NCBI GenBank assembly: GCA_963676565.1
Contig: OY781089.1
Coordinates: 1,408,001-1,472,000 of the forward strand
Length of the DNA: 64,000 nt
Source: Halarcobacter sp.
GTDB lineage: Bacteria; Campylobacterota; Campylobacteria; Campylobacterales; Arcobacteraceae
Direction: 5' to 3'
Below the pieces are notes generated by a model. The model saw nothing but the letters and a program-made list of their open reading frames with translations. It did no database searches and was not told the origin of the DNA. A program made the translations under genes and the position numbers. Each line of letters starts with the position of its first letter. The first letter of the stretch is position 1. Below, piece after piece: positions 1-10,500 of the stretch.

Positions 1-272
1 TCAATCTCAAACTTTTTTTCTGATATTTTTTTAATCGATGCTATTATTTCAAATTTTTCGTTTTGAACTTGAATTTTATCTAAGCTTTCAAAATTATCGA
101 GGGTATTGATATATTTTTCTAAAAAAAGAAGATGGTTCTTTGCTTGAATATACTTGTATTGGTTTTGAATATTTAAAGAGTTTATAGATTTTAATTCATA
201 TAAATTTATAGAGATTATTGAAAAAATAAATACTAAAATGATAGTTGAAAAAAGAGTAAAAGATTTAATCAT
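1..272 (-). CDS. Pilin/pseudopilin-like protein (partial, runs off window start)
   Basis: Manual translation from ATG at 272: MIKSFTLFSTIILVFIFSIISINLYELK..., open to position 1; start overlaps the stop of the upstream prepilin-like gene. Confidence 0.6.
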   Translation of the reverse strand, partial: MIKSFTLFSTIILVFIFSIISINLYELKSINSLNIQNQYKYIQAKNHLLFLEKYINTLDNFESLDKIQVQNEKFEIIASIKKISEKKFEI

Positions 273-612
273 TTTTAAATTCCCACTCTTGCGTAATCAT
301 ATCTTTTAATGTGATGTTTATATTTATATGATTACTTGAACTATTAATTGAAAAAGAATTAATATCTTTTAACAAAATATTATTTTCAAAATATAGAGTA
401 TTGTTTTCAAATTTTAATTTACTTGATAAATTGCTTTTATGCTTTTCTAAAAAAATCTTTGTTGCATTTAAATCAATCTTTGATATTGCTAATTCTTGAT
501 TTTCTATTTGTGTTTCTTGAATATTTTTAGCAAAGGATAAAGATGTGATAATTACAAGAGAACTTATAAAAACTACAATTATTAGTTCAAATAAAGAAAA
601 ACCATTTTTCAT
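265..612 (-). CDS. Prepilin-type N-terminal cleavage/methylation domain protein
   Basis: N-terminus KNGFSLFELIIVVFI matches the G|FxxxE type IV pilin motif followed by a hydrophobic helix. Confidence 0.75.
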   Translation of the reverse strand: MKNGFSLFELIIVVFISSLVIITSLSFAKNIQETQIENQELAISKIDLNATKIFLEKHKSNLSSKLKFENNTLYFENNILLKDINSFSINSSSNHININITLKDMITQEWEFKND

Positions 613-933
613 TTAGTTTAACTCATATTTATAAAGATTTATTTTTTCATCTTTATATTCAATTTTTTTAACACTTAAGTTTTCTATTTGGGAATCATTT
701 ATTATGATTTTTATATTTTCAGTTGAGTTTATAAAATTTGACGAGAAAGTGTTTGTATTAAATGAATTTTCCAATTCATTTAATTTTATGTACTCTTCAT
801 CAAAATTGTCATAGTTGGAAACTTTTGAAAAGCCAACTATAACAATAGATAAAAGAAATACACTTACTAAAGTTTCAAATAAAGTAAAACTATTTTTTCC
901 CAATTTCGCAAGCTTTTTCATAGGCTGCTTCAA
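613..933 (-). CDS. Prepilin-like protein (true start probably a few codons downstream)
   Basis: KNSFTLFETLVSVFLLSIVIVG pilin-like motif; overlaps the proC end. Confidence 0.65.
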   Translation of the reverse strand: MKQPMKKLAKLGKNSFTLFETLVSVFLLSIVIVGFSKVSNYDNFDEEYIKLNELENSFNTNTFSSNFINSTENIKIIINDSQIENLSVKKIEYKDEKINLYKYELN

Positions 934-1654
934 TTGTTTTAATCATAGAATCTCGTACAGCTCCTTCTTCCAATTTAGCATAACCAGCTGCAGTTGTACC
1001 ACCTGGACTCATAACAGAGTCTTTAATAAGAGCAGGGTGTGATTTATCTAGTAGTTTTGCAAACCCTTCAAATAATCCTTGAACTAACTCATTGCTAATT
1101 TCCCTTTCAAGTCCAGCTTTAACAGCTCCATCACTTAAACTTTCAGCAATTAAACTTAAAAATGCTGGACCGCTTCCTGCGACAGCAGTTGCAATATCAA
1201 GTTGTTTTTCTGTATTTACCCAAACAGCTTTTCCTATATAAGAAAACAATTCAATTGCAAGATTCTTAGCCTCTAAATCACCTGTGATAGTTGTAGTTGA
1301 ACTAGAAACTGATGCCGCTACATTTGGCATAGTTCTTACATAATATTTAGATTTTATTTGTTTTTTTAGTGTATCTAATTGAGTACCAGCTAATATTGAA
1401 AATAAAATATTTGCTTCCCCTTCAAGACGCGCAGCTACACTTTGTAGTGCATAGGGTTTTACACACAAAATTATGTTTTTATTTGTCATATCTTCATTGT
1501 CAGATATTTCTTTTATCTCAATATTAGGAATTTTTTCTTTTAACTGTTTTAATTTGTTTAAATCCCTTCCAATAATTTCAACTTCAAAATTATTTATTAA
1601 ACCCTTAGCAAGAGCTTGTGCCATAAAACCATTTCCAATTAGAGTTAATTTCAT
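890..1654 (-). CDS. proC: Pyrroline-5-carboxylate reductase
   Basis: GNGFMA dinucleotide-binding motif, CVKP, RTMPN, AGSGPA, SPGGTT. Confidence 0.95.
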   Translation of the reverse strand: MKLTLIGNGFMAQALAKGLINNFEVEIIGRDLNKLKQLKEKIPNIEIKEISDNEDMTNKNIILCVKPYALQSVAARLEGEANILFSILAGTQLDTLKKQIKSKYYVRTMPNVAASVSSSTTTITGDLEAKNLAIELFSYIGKAVWVNTEKQLDIATAVAGSGPAFLSLIAESLSDGAVKAGLEREISNELVQGLFEGFAKLLDKSHPALIKDSVMSPGGTTAAGYAKLEEGAVRDSMIKTIEAAYEKACEIGKK

Positions 1655-1780
1655 TCTTATAAACCTTATTTAATTATTTAGTTTATTATAGCTAATTGAT
1701 AATATTAGGTCAAAAAAAGTAAGTAAGTAGCAAGGATTTATTAGATAGAATATTGCTTTTACGATATAAGGATTGTTAAA

Positions 1781-2473
1781 ATGAGATATCTTTTTAAATT
1801 TAGAAATTTACTTCTTGTCGCAGGAATAGCGTTTACATTCACTGCTTGTTCACAAAAATCAGAAAAAATTCAAGAGTATGGAAAGCCTGCATTATACTGG
1901 TATAACAAAATGATTACTGAGATCACTACTGGGTATTTAGAAGATGCGGATGACACATATACTTCTTTAGAGAGTGAGCATAGAAATTCACCTTTATTGC
2001 CTACTGCACTATTAATACTTGCAAATGGACATATGGATGAAGAGGAATATCAATTAGCGAATTTTTATCTTGATGAATATATCAAAAGATATGCTTTAAG
2101 TAAAAATATTGATTATGTAAGATATTTAAAAATTAAAGCAAATTTTATGGGATTTGCTTATGATTTAAGGGATCAACAATTAATCGAAGATACAATTGCT
2201 GATATTGACAATTTTAAAAAGACTTTTCCAAGGTCACCATATATGCCATTAGTAAATACTATGAGTGGAAGATTATTTATGGCAAAGGCATCTTTAGATA
2301 AAGAAATTTCTGATTTATATAATAGAATAGGTAAAGAGAAAGCAGCAATCTATTATCTAAAAAAAGCTAAAGATTCTTGGGTTGAACCAAAAGAGATTGA
2401 AGAAGTAGATGTTCCATTCTATAGATATCCATTTGAAAGAAATATGTTTTTAGATAAAGTCTATTTTAAATAG
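1781..2473 (+). CDS. bamD: Outer membrane protein assembly factor BamD (lipoprotein)
   Basis: Lipobox FTAC; TPR-like helices; FPRSPY and YNRIGKEKAA motifs typical of BamD/ComL. Confidence 0.85.
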   Translation: MRYLFKFRNLLLVAGIAFTFTACSQKSEKIQEYGKPALYWYNKMITEITTGYLEDADDTYTSLESEHRNSPLLPTALLILANGHMDEEEYQLANFYLDEYIKRYALSKNIDYVRYLKIKANFMGFAYDLRDQQLIEDTIADIDNFKKTFPRSPYMPLVNTMSGRLFMAKASLDKEISDLYNRIGKEKAAIYYLKKAKDSWVEPKEIEEVDVPFYRYPFERNMFLDKVYFK

Positions 2474-2493
2474 AAAATTAGGAGTTAGAATAT

Positions 2494-4911
2494 ATGGAAT
2501 TAGAAAATTATGATTCTTTCCCACAACAAATACCACTAATTATTGAGGATGATGTATTTTTATATCCTTTTATGATTGCACCTTTATTTTTAAGTAATGA
2601 AGAAAATATTAAAGCAGTAGAAGATGCAATTGAATTTAATAAACTTGTAATAGTTAGTGTTAGTAAACCAGGGTTTGAGGGAAAAAGAGAAGAGGGTAGC
2701 TTCTATGATGTAGGAGTTATTGGAAATATTATGAGAAAAGTTAGTTTACCTGATGGTAAAATTAAAGTACTTTTCCAAGGTTTAGCAAAAGGAAAAATTG
2801 AAAGTTTTAATATTGAAAGTCCTATTTATGTTGAAGCTGATAAGTTACATGATGAAGAGTATTCAAAGGAAAGTGTAGACTCTATAGTTGATGTACTAAG
2901 AGAACAAGTTAAAAAATTATCAAGAATCAACTCGAAATTTCCAGCTGATTTAATAAAAACAATTGAAGAAAATGATGATGCAACTAGAATTGCTGATTTA
3001 ATTTCATCTGTTTTAAGGGTTAAAAAAGAGGATGCTTATAATCTTTTTTCTGAAACAAATATTGAAAAAAGACTTCTTGAAGTAGTTGAAACAATCAAAA
3101 AAGAGATTGAAAGCTTTAAAATTCAAAAAGAGATTACTCAAAAAGTAAATTCTAAAATTGAAAAAACACACAAAGATTATTTCTTAAAAGAGCAAATTAA
3201 AGCTATACAAAAAGAGCTTGGTGGGGATAATCAAAAAGAAAATGAGATTAAAGCTTACAAGAAAAAGCTTAAAAAACTTAAAAAACATATGCCAATTGAT
3301 GGTTATAAAGAGACAAAAAAACAAATTGAAAAATTAAGTAGAATGCATCAGGATTCTCCTGATAGTTCTTTACTTCAAACATACATTGAAAATGTTTTAG
3401 ATATACCATTTGGTGAGTTTTCAGATGAAAAAATCACTGTAAAAAGTGTAGAAGATCAATTAAATAATGACCACTATTCATTAAAAGTACCAAAAGAGAG
3501 AATCTCTGAATACTTTGCTGTAAAAGAGATGTTAGAGCAAAGAAAGATTGAAAGTCTAAAATCAAAAGGAACTGTTTTATGTTTTGTGGGACCTCCAGGT
3601 GTAGGTAAAACTTCATTGGCAAACTCTATTTCTCAAGCATTAAAAAGACCACTTGTAAGAGTTGCTCTTGGTGGTATGGAAGATGTAAATGAGTTAAGAG
3701 GTCATAGAAGAACTTACGTTGGAGCAATGCCAGGAAGAATTGTAAAAGGTCTAACAGATGCTAAAAAAATGAATCCTGTAATTGTTTTAGATGAGATTGA
3801 TAAGTTAGGTGCTAATCATAGGGGTGACCCAACTGCTGTTATGCTTGAGGTTTTAGACCCAGAACAAAACCATGAATTTAGGGATTTATACTTAAATTTT
3901 GCAATTGACCTTTCTCAATGTATCTTTGTAGCAACTGCAAATGATGCAAGAAGAATCCCAGCAGCATTAAGGGATAGAATGGAGTTTATTGAGATTAGTT
4001 CATACACTCCAAATGAGAAGTATTATATTGCTAAAGACTATTTAATTCCTCAAGAGTTAGAAAAACATGGTTTAAAAAGAAGTGAAATAACACTTTCAAA
4101 AACAACTATTGAAGCTATTATCTCTAAATATACAAGAGAAGCTGGGGTTAGAAACTTAAGACGTGTATTTGCAAAACTATTTAGAAAAGCAGTAAAAAAA
4201 CTTCTTAAAAATCCAGAATGTAAAAAAGTTTCAATAAATACAAAAAATCTAAAAGAGTATTTAGATAATCCAATTTTTGAAATTGACCCAGCTGAAAAGA
4301 AAAACCAAATTGGTGTAACCAATGGTTTAGCTTGGACTGCAGTTGGTGGAGATGTTCTTAAAACTGAAGCTGTTAAACTAAGAGGTAAGGGTATTTTAAA
4401 TGTAACAGGAAATCTTGGGGATGTTATGAAAGAATCTTCAAGAATCTCATACTCTGTTGTTAAACTTTTAATTGATGCTAAGAAACTAAAAATCAAAGAT
4501 TCAATTATTCCTAAAACAGCGAAAGAGGAAGAGGAAAAAATTAAAGTAGACCCAAGTGAGGTTTATAAAAGATATGATATCCACTTACATATTCCAGAGG
4601 GAGCAACTCCTAAAGATGGACCAAGTGCAGGTATAACTATGGCTGTTACAATTGCTTCAATTTTAAGTGAAAGAGAAGTTAGATCTGATGTTGCAATGAC
4701 AGGAGAATTAACTTTAACTGGAAAAGTATTACCAATTGGTGGATTAAAAGAGAAACTAATTGCTGCTTATAAAGCAAAAATGAAACTTGCTTTAATTCCA
4801 AGAAAAAACTATCAAAGAGATTTAGAAGAGATCCCTGATGAGGTTAAAGAAGCTATGGAGATTAAAGCTGTAGATACAATTGAAGATGTATTTAAAGAGA
4901 CTTTAATCTAA
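2494..4911 (+). CDS. lon: ATP-dependent protease La
   Basis: Walker A GPPGVGKT, RGHRRTYVGAMPG, catalytic PKDGPSAG, PIGGLKEK. Confidence 0.98.
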   Translation: MELENYDSFPQQIPLIIEDDVFLYPFMIAPLFLSNEENIKAVEDAIEFNKLVIVSVSKPGFEGKREEGSFYDVGVIGNIMRKVSLPDGKIKVLFQGLAKGKIESFNIESPIYVEADKLHDEEYSKESVDSIVDVLREQVKKLSRINSKFPADLIKTIEENDDATRIADLISSVLRVKKEDAYNLFSETNIEKRLLEVVETIKKEIESFKIQKEITQKVNSKIEKTHKDYFLKEQIKAIQKELGGDNQKENEIKAYKKKLKKLKKHMPIDGYKETKKQIEKLSRMHQDSPDSSLLQTYIENVLDIPFGEFSDEKITVKSVEDQLNNDHYSLKVPKERISEYFAVKEMLEQRKIESLKSKGTVLCFVGPPGVGKTSLANSISQALKRPLVRVALGGMEDVNELRGHRRTYVGAMPGRIVKGLTDAKKMNPVIVLDEIDKLGANHRGDPTAVMLEVLDPEQNHEFRDLYLNFAIDLSQCIFVATANDARRIPAALRDRMEFIEISSYTPNEKYYIAKDYLIPQELEKHGLKRSEITLSKTTIEAIISKYTREAGVRNLRRVFAKLFRKAVKKLLKNPECKKVSINTKNLKEYLDNPIFEIDPAEKKNQIGVTNGLAWTAVGGDVLKTEAVKLRGKGILNVTGNLGDVMKESSRISYSVVKLLIDAKKLKIKDSIIPKTAKEEEEKIKVDPSEVYKRYDIHLHIPEGATPKDGPSAGITMAVTIASILSEREVRSDVAMTGELTLTGKVLPIGGLKEKLIAAYKAKMKLALIPRKNYQRDLEEIPDEVKEAMEIKAVDTIEDVFKETLI

Positions 4912-4916
4912 CAAAA

Positions 4917-5483
4917 ATGAGACGTGGGGCAAGAGATAGTCAAGTTATCAATAACTTTTTTTCTTTTGCCACCATTGTTATAATATCTGTTGTTTTAATT
5001 TTATATAAAACTTTTATACTTAAAGATGAATCCCCAAAGATAGAAAAACTTCAATGTCAAAAAGAATCCCAAACAAGAGTCTTTGTAAATAATTTAGAAA
5101 TATTAGAAAAATCATTCAATGCTATGGTTAAAGGTTATTACAAACTTGATGGGGGTATGATTGAATCTTCTTTAGAAAGTTCAACTTTAAAAAAAAGTAT
5201 TTCATTAGATGAGATTAATGGTTTTTTTATTGAATCAATTGGTAATGAGCCTAAAAAAGATATAAAAAGTTTTTTGAAAATAAATTATGAAATAGTTGAA
5301 TTTGATAAAAAAGAGAGCGAAAAACTAGATTATGGTGTTCTAATGACCTCATTTCGAATAAATTCAAATGAAGTTTTTAGGGTAAATACAAATATAAAAT
5401 TTATGTACAGCAATGGTATTAAAAATAGAGTAGACTGTACGATGAAGGTTTTTAAAAATTATGTTGAATACTCAAGAAAATAA
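4917..5483 (+). CDS. Hypothetical membrane-anchored protein
   Basis: 188-aa ORF with an N-terminal hydrophobic segment, tightly coupled between lon and the rhomboid gene. Confidence 0.65.
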   Translation: MRRGARDSQVINNFFSFATIVIISVVLILYKTFILKDESPKIEKLQCQKESQTRVFVNNLEILEKSFNAMVKGYYKLDGGMIESSLESSTLKKSISLDEINGFFIESIGNEPKKDIKSFLKINYEIVEFDKKESEKLDYGVLMTSFRINSNEVFRVNTNIKFMYSNGIKNRVDCTMKVFKNYVEYSRK

Positions 5484-6018
5484 ATGGACACTTACTAATA
5501 TAATCATTGGTATAACTATTGTTTTATATTTAGTCCAAACTAATGTTTTTACTTATGGTTCTCTTTTAATGGGATTAAATATTTATTTTACTAGAGAAGG
5601 TTTTCTTTGGCAACCTTTGACTTCTATGTTTGCCCATGGTGGTTTAGGACACTTAGCTATGAATATGTTTGTTCTCTACCAATTTGGTAACTTAATAGAA
5701 AAATATAGAGGAAAAAAAGAGTTAGCAATAATCTATTTTGTTGGAGGAGTATTAACTTCTTTATTAAGTTACTTATATATTTACTATCTTGACTATCAAG
5801 TTAATCTTGTGGGAGCTTCTGGCGCTATTTGTGTTTTACTTGGGTATATTGCATATTTTGATAAGTATCAACGAAAAGGGATAATAACTTGGATATTAAT
5901 AATCTCTGTTGCCCCTTTAATTATTGGACTTCCTATTGCTTGGTATGCTCACTTTATAGGTTTAGGATTAGGGTTTGTATTTGGAATTATTAGAAAAAAA
6001 ACTTTAATTAACAGGTGA
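5461..6018 (+). CDS. Rhomboid family intramembrane serine protease
   Basis: WQPLTSMFAH, HLAMNM, catalytic GASG, AHFIG. Confidence 0.93.
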   Translation: MLNTQENKWTLTNIIIGITIVLYLVQTNVFTYGSLLMGLNIYFTREGFLWQPLTSMFAHGGLGHLAMNMFVLYQFGNLIEKYRGKKELAIIYFVGGVLTSLLSYLYIYYLDYQVNLVGASGAICVLLGYIAYFDKYQRKGIITWILIISVAPLIIGLPIAWYAHFIGLGLGFVFGIIRKKTLINR

Positions 6019-6177
6019 TACAAAAAAGGAAACAACATACATAACTGCTAAAACAAAAAATATTCCTATAAAGATATCTTTGACTTTTACTGTTGGATTT
6101 AGTGTACCACAATATGGACATCTTCTTATTTTTGATTCTATATCTCTTTTACAGTGTCTACAAGGTTCTAAATTTAT
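6004..6177 (-). CDS. Small zinc-ribbon membrane protein with ATA start (or start-codon-mutated gene)
   Basis: Manual translation INLEPCRHCKRDIESKIRRCPYCGTLNPTVKVKDIFIGIFFVLAVMYVVSFFVSPVN (57 aa): CxxC..CPxCG plus a TM helix; AAGGA RBS 6 nt upstream; in-frame TAA two codons before the ATA. Confidence 0.6.
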   Translation of the reverse strand: MNLEPCRHCKRDIESKIRRCPYCGTLNPTVKVKDIFIGIFFVLAVMYVVSFFVSPVN

Positions 6178-6467
6178 TTTTTATCCTTTATCTTAATCTA
6201 AATAGGCTTAGTTTGATATTTATTTATCTCACTTGATATAATTGTGAAACTATATCATAAAATTAAAAATATTTAACTTTCACAGTAATTTTTACTATTT
6301 AAAATAACTATAAATAATGAAAATATAATTTTCTTAATTTTTTTAAAAGAAACATTTTAAGGGACTTTATAAATATTATCTACTAGATATTAAAGTAAAT
6401 AAATAATATATATACTCTTAAGTTCAATGATTATAGAATATTGTATTTTAACTAAGGTAAATGCTAA

Positions 6468-7514
6468 ATGAGTTTTTCAAATATGCAAATAGTATCAGTT
6501 GATGATAATGAAAATAATCTTTTTTTGATTGAATCTATATGTCAAGATATGGATTTAAATATAAAAAGTTTTTCCCAGCCTTTAGACGCACTTCTTTACT
6601 CACTTCAAAATAATGTAGACTTAATTATTACAGATTATATGATGCCCGAGCTTGATGGTTTGGAGTTTATTGAAGAGTTTAGAAAACAAAAGAAAAATAT
6701 ACCTATTATTATGATTACAGCTGCTGGAGATGATGAAAAAATTCATAAAAAAGCTTTTGAATTAGGTGTTAATGATTTCTTAAGTAAACCCATTAATGCA
6801 ACTTTATTTGAAGCAAGGGTAATAAACTTATTAACAAATCATCAAAATAGGATTTTACTAGAAGATAGAGCAAAACACTTAGAATCTGAAGTTTTAAAAG
6901 CTACTGAAGTATTGATAAAAAGAGAACATGAAACATTAAGAATTTTAGGTAAAACAGCAGAATATAAAGACCCTGAAACTGCATCCCATGTTGCAAGGGT
7001 GGCACACTATTCAAGAATGCTTGCTAGAGAATATGGTTTAAGTAAAGAGGAACAAGATATTATTTTCTATGCTGCACCATTTCATGATTTAGGAAAAGTT
7101 GGTATAGAAGATAAGATTTTATTAAAACCAGGGAAACTAGATTTTGATGAATTTGAGATTATGAAAACCCATGCCCAGATAGGTTATGAGATATTAAAAG
7201 ATTCTCAAAGTGAGTACTTAAAAGCAGGGGCTATTATTGCAATTACTCACCATGAAAAGTTTGATGGGAATGGATACCCAAATAAAATTAGTGGTGAAGA
7301 TATCCATATTTATGGAAGGATTGTAGCTGTAGTTGATGTTTTTGATGCCTTAACTTCCCATAGACCTTATAAAAAAGCTTGGAGTTTTGAGGAAGCATTA
7401 AATCTTTTAAGAGAGGAAAAAGGTAAACACTTCGACCCAAAAATAATAGAATTATTTGAAAAGAATATTGATGAAGTGAGCGAAATATACAATTCCTTTA
7501 AAGAAGAATTATAA
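6468..7514 (+). CDS. Response regulator with HD-GYP c-di-GMP phosphodiesterase domain (RpfG-like)
   Basis: Receiver domain (VDD, TDYMMP, SKP) plus HDLGK and HHEKFDGNGYP. Confidence 0.92.
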   Translation: MSFSNMQIVSVDDNENNLFLIESICQDMDLNIKSFSQPLDALLYSLQNNVDLIITDYMMPELDGLEFIEEFRKQKKNIPIIMITAAGDDEKIHKKAFELGVNDFLSKPINATLFEARVINLLTNHQNRILLEDRAKHLESEVLKATEVLIKREHETLRILGKTAEYKDPETASHVARVAHYSRMLAREYGLSKEEQDIIFYAAPFHDLGKVGIEDKILLKPGKLDFDEFEIMKTHAQIGYEILKDSQSEYLKAGAIIAITHHEKFDGNGYPNKISGEDIHIYGRIVAVVDVFDALTSHRPYKKAWSFEEALNLLREEKGKHFDPKIIELFEKNIDEVSEIYNSFKEEL

Positions 7515-7527
7515 TAAAGGGTTAAAA

Positions 7528-10500
7528 TTGAAGAATTTAAGTATAAAAGTAAAATTAATACTTCTTTTTATTTTTGTAAAAATTATTCCTTTATTGATTA
7601 TTGCATATATTGCATATGTAGGCGTTTTAAAACTAGATAAATATATTCAAGATAGTACAAGATATTATTATAATAAAAACAAAGAGATTATTTTAAATAC
7701 AGCAAATGAGTCTATTGAAGATAGTGTGAAGTTTTTAGATAAAAAATCACAACATGCCTTAGAAAGATTAACTTTTGAAACAGCAAATAAAATTGCTCAG
7801 TTCTTATATGAAAGGGATGATGATATTCTTTTTCTTTCAAAAATACAATTAAATGACGAGGTAATAAAAACTTTTTTTGAGAGTAAACAAAAAGAGATTT
7901 TAGTCCATGAAGATTATATCTTTAATGATAATACAAATAGATGGGAATCAACTAAAAAGCCTACTAAAGAGATTAGAGATTCACTTAATGCAGATTTAAA
8001 AGACAATGAAAAAGAGTTTAATTTTATTGATCCCTTAGAATTTACAAAAAAACAAATTCCTTTATATAAAGAGATAAACTATTTTGATTTAAATGGAATG
8101 GAGATTTACAAAACTTCATTGATAAATCAAAAGCTTTTAGATATTTCAAAAAAAGAAAATACATATATTAATTCTGAAAACTATTTTAATGAGATTTCAA
8201 ATTTAAAAAAAGGTGAAATTTATGTTTCTGAAGTTATTGGTGAATATGTAAAATCAAATATAATTGGAACATACACAAAGAAAAAAGCCTCTAAAGCTAA
8301 TATTGCTTTTGAACCAGAAAAAAGTGCCTATGCAGGGAAAGAAAACCCTGTTGGGAAAAGGTTTGAGGGGATTATTAGATTTGTAACTCCTATATTTAAA
8401 AACAATACTAAAGTGGCTTATTTATCTTTAGCTTTAGATCACGAACACCTAATGCAATTTACAGATACTTTAAACCCCACCGAAGATGATGCAGTACAAA
8501 ATATCTCCGATGCAAGTATTGGAAACTATGCTTTTATGTGGGATAATTTAGGACGAAATATTTCCCATCCAAGGGATTATTTCATCTCAGGATTTAATAA
8601 AGAAACAGGGACAAGAGAGATTCCATGGTTAAGTAGTGATTTGGCATTGAAGTTTAAATCTTCACATAAACCTATAAATGAGTTTTTAAAAGATTATCCA
8701 ACTTTTGAAGAACAATCACTTAGAAAAAAACCAAACTTGCCACAAATAAAAGATGGAACTCTAGGATTAGATTGTAGATATTTAAATTTTGCACCACAAT
8801 GTCAAGGTTGGATGCAATTAACAAAAAATGGTGGATATGGTTCTTTTATTATATATTGGAGTAAGGTTTGGAAACTTACAACTGCAGCTGCAATTCCATA
8901 CTATACAGGCAGATATAAGAATTCAAAAAGAGGTTTTGGATTTGTTACAATTGGAGCAAATGTAGATGAATTCCATGCTGTTGCAAATGAAACAAAAAGA
9001 AGTGTAAATAAAATTTTAGATGAACAAACTCAACATATGGAAGAGATTATTAGTGAGAATAAAACTGAAGTTAAAGAGTATATAAAATCGTTAATTAATG
9101 AACTTACTATTATAACTTTTTTGATGGTTCTTATTGTAATAGCAATAGCAATTGCAGTTTCAAATTATATAAGTGGAAAAATCAAAAAACTTCTAGTGGG
9201 TACACAAAAATTTATTAATAAAAAGTTTGATTATAGAATCAAAGTTGATTCAAATGATGAGATTGGTAATTTAGAACAATCATTTAATAAAATGGCTGAC
9301 CAGATAGAAAGTTTAATAAATGAACAAAAAATATTAAATGAAAATCTTGAAGAAAAAGTAGAAGAGAAAACAAAAGAATTAGTTGATATAAATGAAAATT
9401 TAGAAAATCAAATCACACAAAGAACAGAATATCTAAAGCAGACACTAAAAAGAGCACAAAAAGCAGATGAAGCTAAATCTACGTTTTTAGCTAATATGTC
9501 CCATGAAATAAGAACTCCACTTAACGCAATTATTGGTTTTTCTGAATTATTAAGTCAAAAAGAGGAATTAGAACCTCAAGTAAGGAAACAAGCTGATGTA
9601 ATACATTCTAGTGCAAACTCATTATTAACAATAATAAATGATATTTTAGATATCTCAAAAATAGAAAGTGGTAATTTTGATATTACAATTGAAGAATCAG
9701 ATATATATTTTATTAGTGAACATGTAGTTGAGCTTTTTTCAAAAAGAGCAATTGAAAACAATATAAGATTAGTATTAAACCTTGATCATAAAATTCCACT
9801 GTGTCTAATGACTGATGGAGTTAGAATTAGACAGGTTCTATCAAATCTTTTAAGTAATGCAATTAAATTTACTCAAAGTCATGGCACAGTTGAATTAAAT
9901 ATCTTTGTTCTTGAAACAAAAGATGACAATGAAATAATAATTAGATTTGAGGTTATAGACAATGGTATTGGAATCCCAGATGATAAATTAAAGAATATTT
10001 TTCAACCTTTTGTTCAAATTGATCATAAAACAAATAGACAATATGAAGGAACAGGTTTAGGTCTTAGTATTTGTAGACATATTATAAATGCCTTTGGTTC
10101 AATGTTAAATGTTCAAAGCGAAATTGGAAAAGGAACTAAATTTTGGTTTGATATGGATTTTACAATATGTCCAAATACAATTTTTGATGACAAAGATTAT
10201 TTAAGTAGTTTAAAATATACAATTGAAAAAGAGGATAATGACCTTTACCATTACTCAAAAAGATATCTTGATATTTTTGGAAAACCAACTTCAACTTTAA
10301 GTGCTGAAAATATTATTGTTTATCCATATGAAGATAAATTAGAATTAGATTCAATAAGAAAAAAATATCCAAATAACCCAATTCTGATCCTTTTAGAGTA
10401 TGAAAAAGACTCAAGACAATTTACCATAAAAAGCGACGAGTTTTTTGTTGCCTTACCTTTTTATGCCTCAAAGATAAATGATGGATTAAGGGAACTTCTT

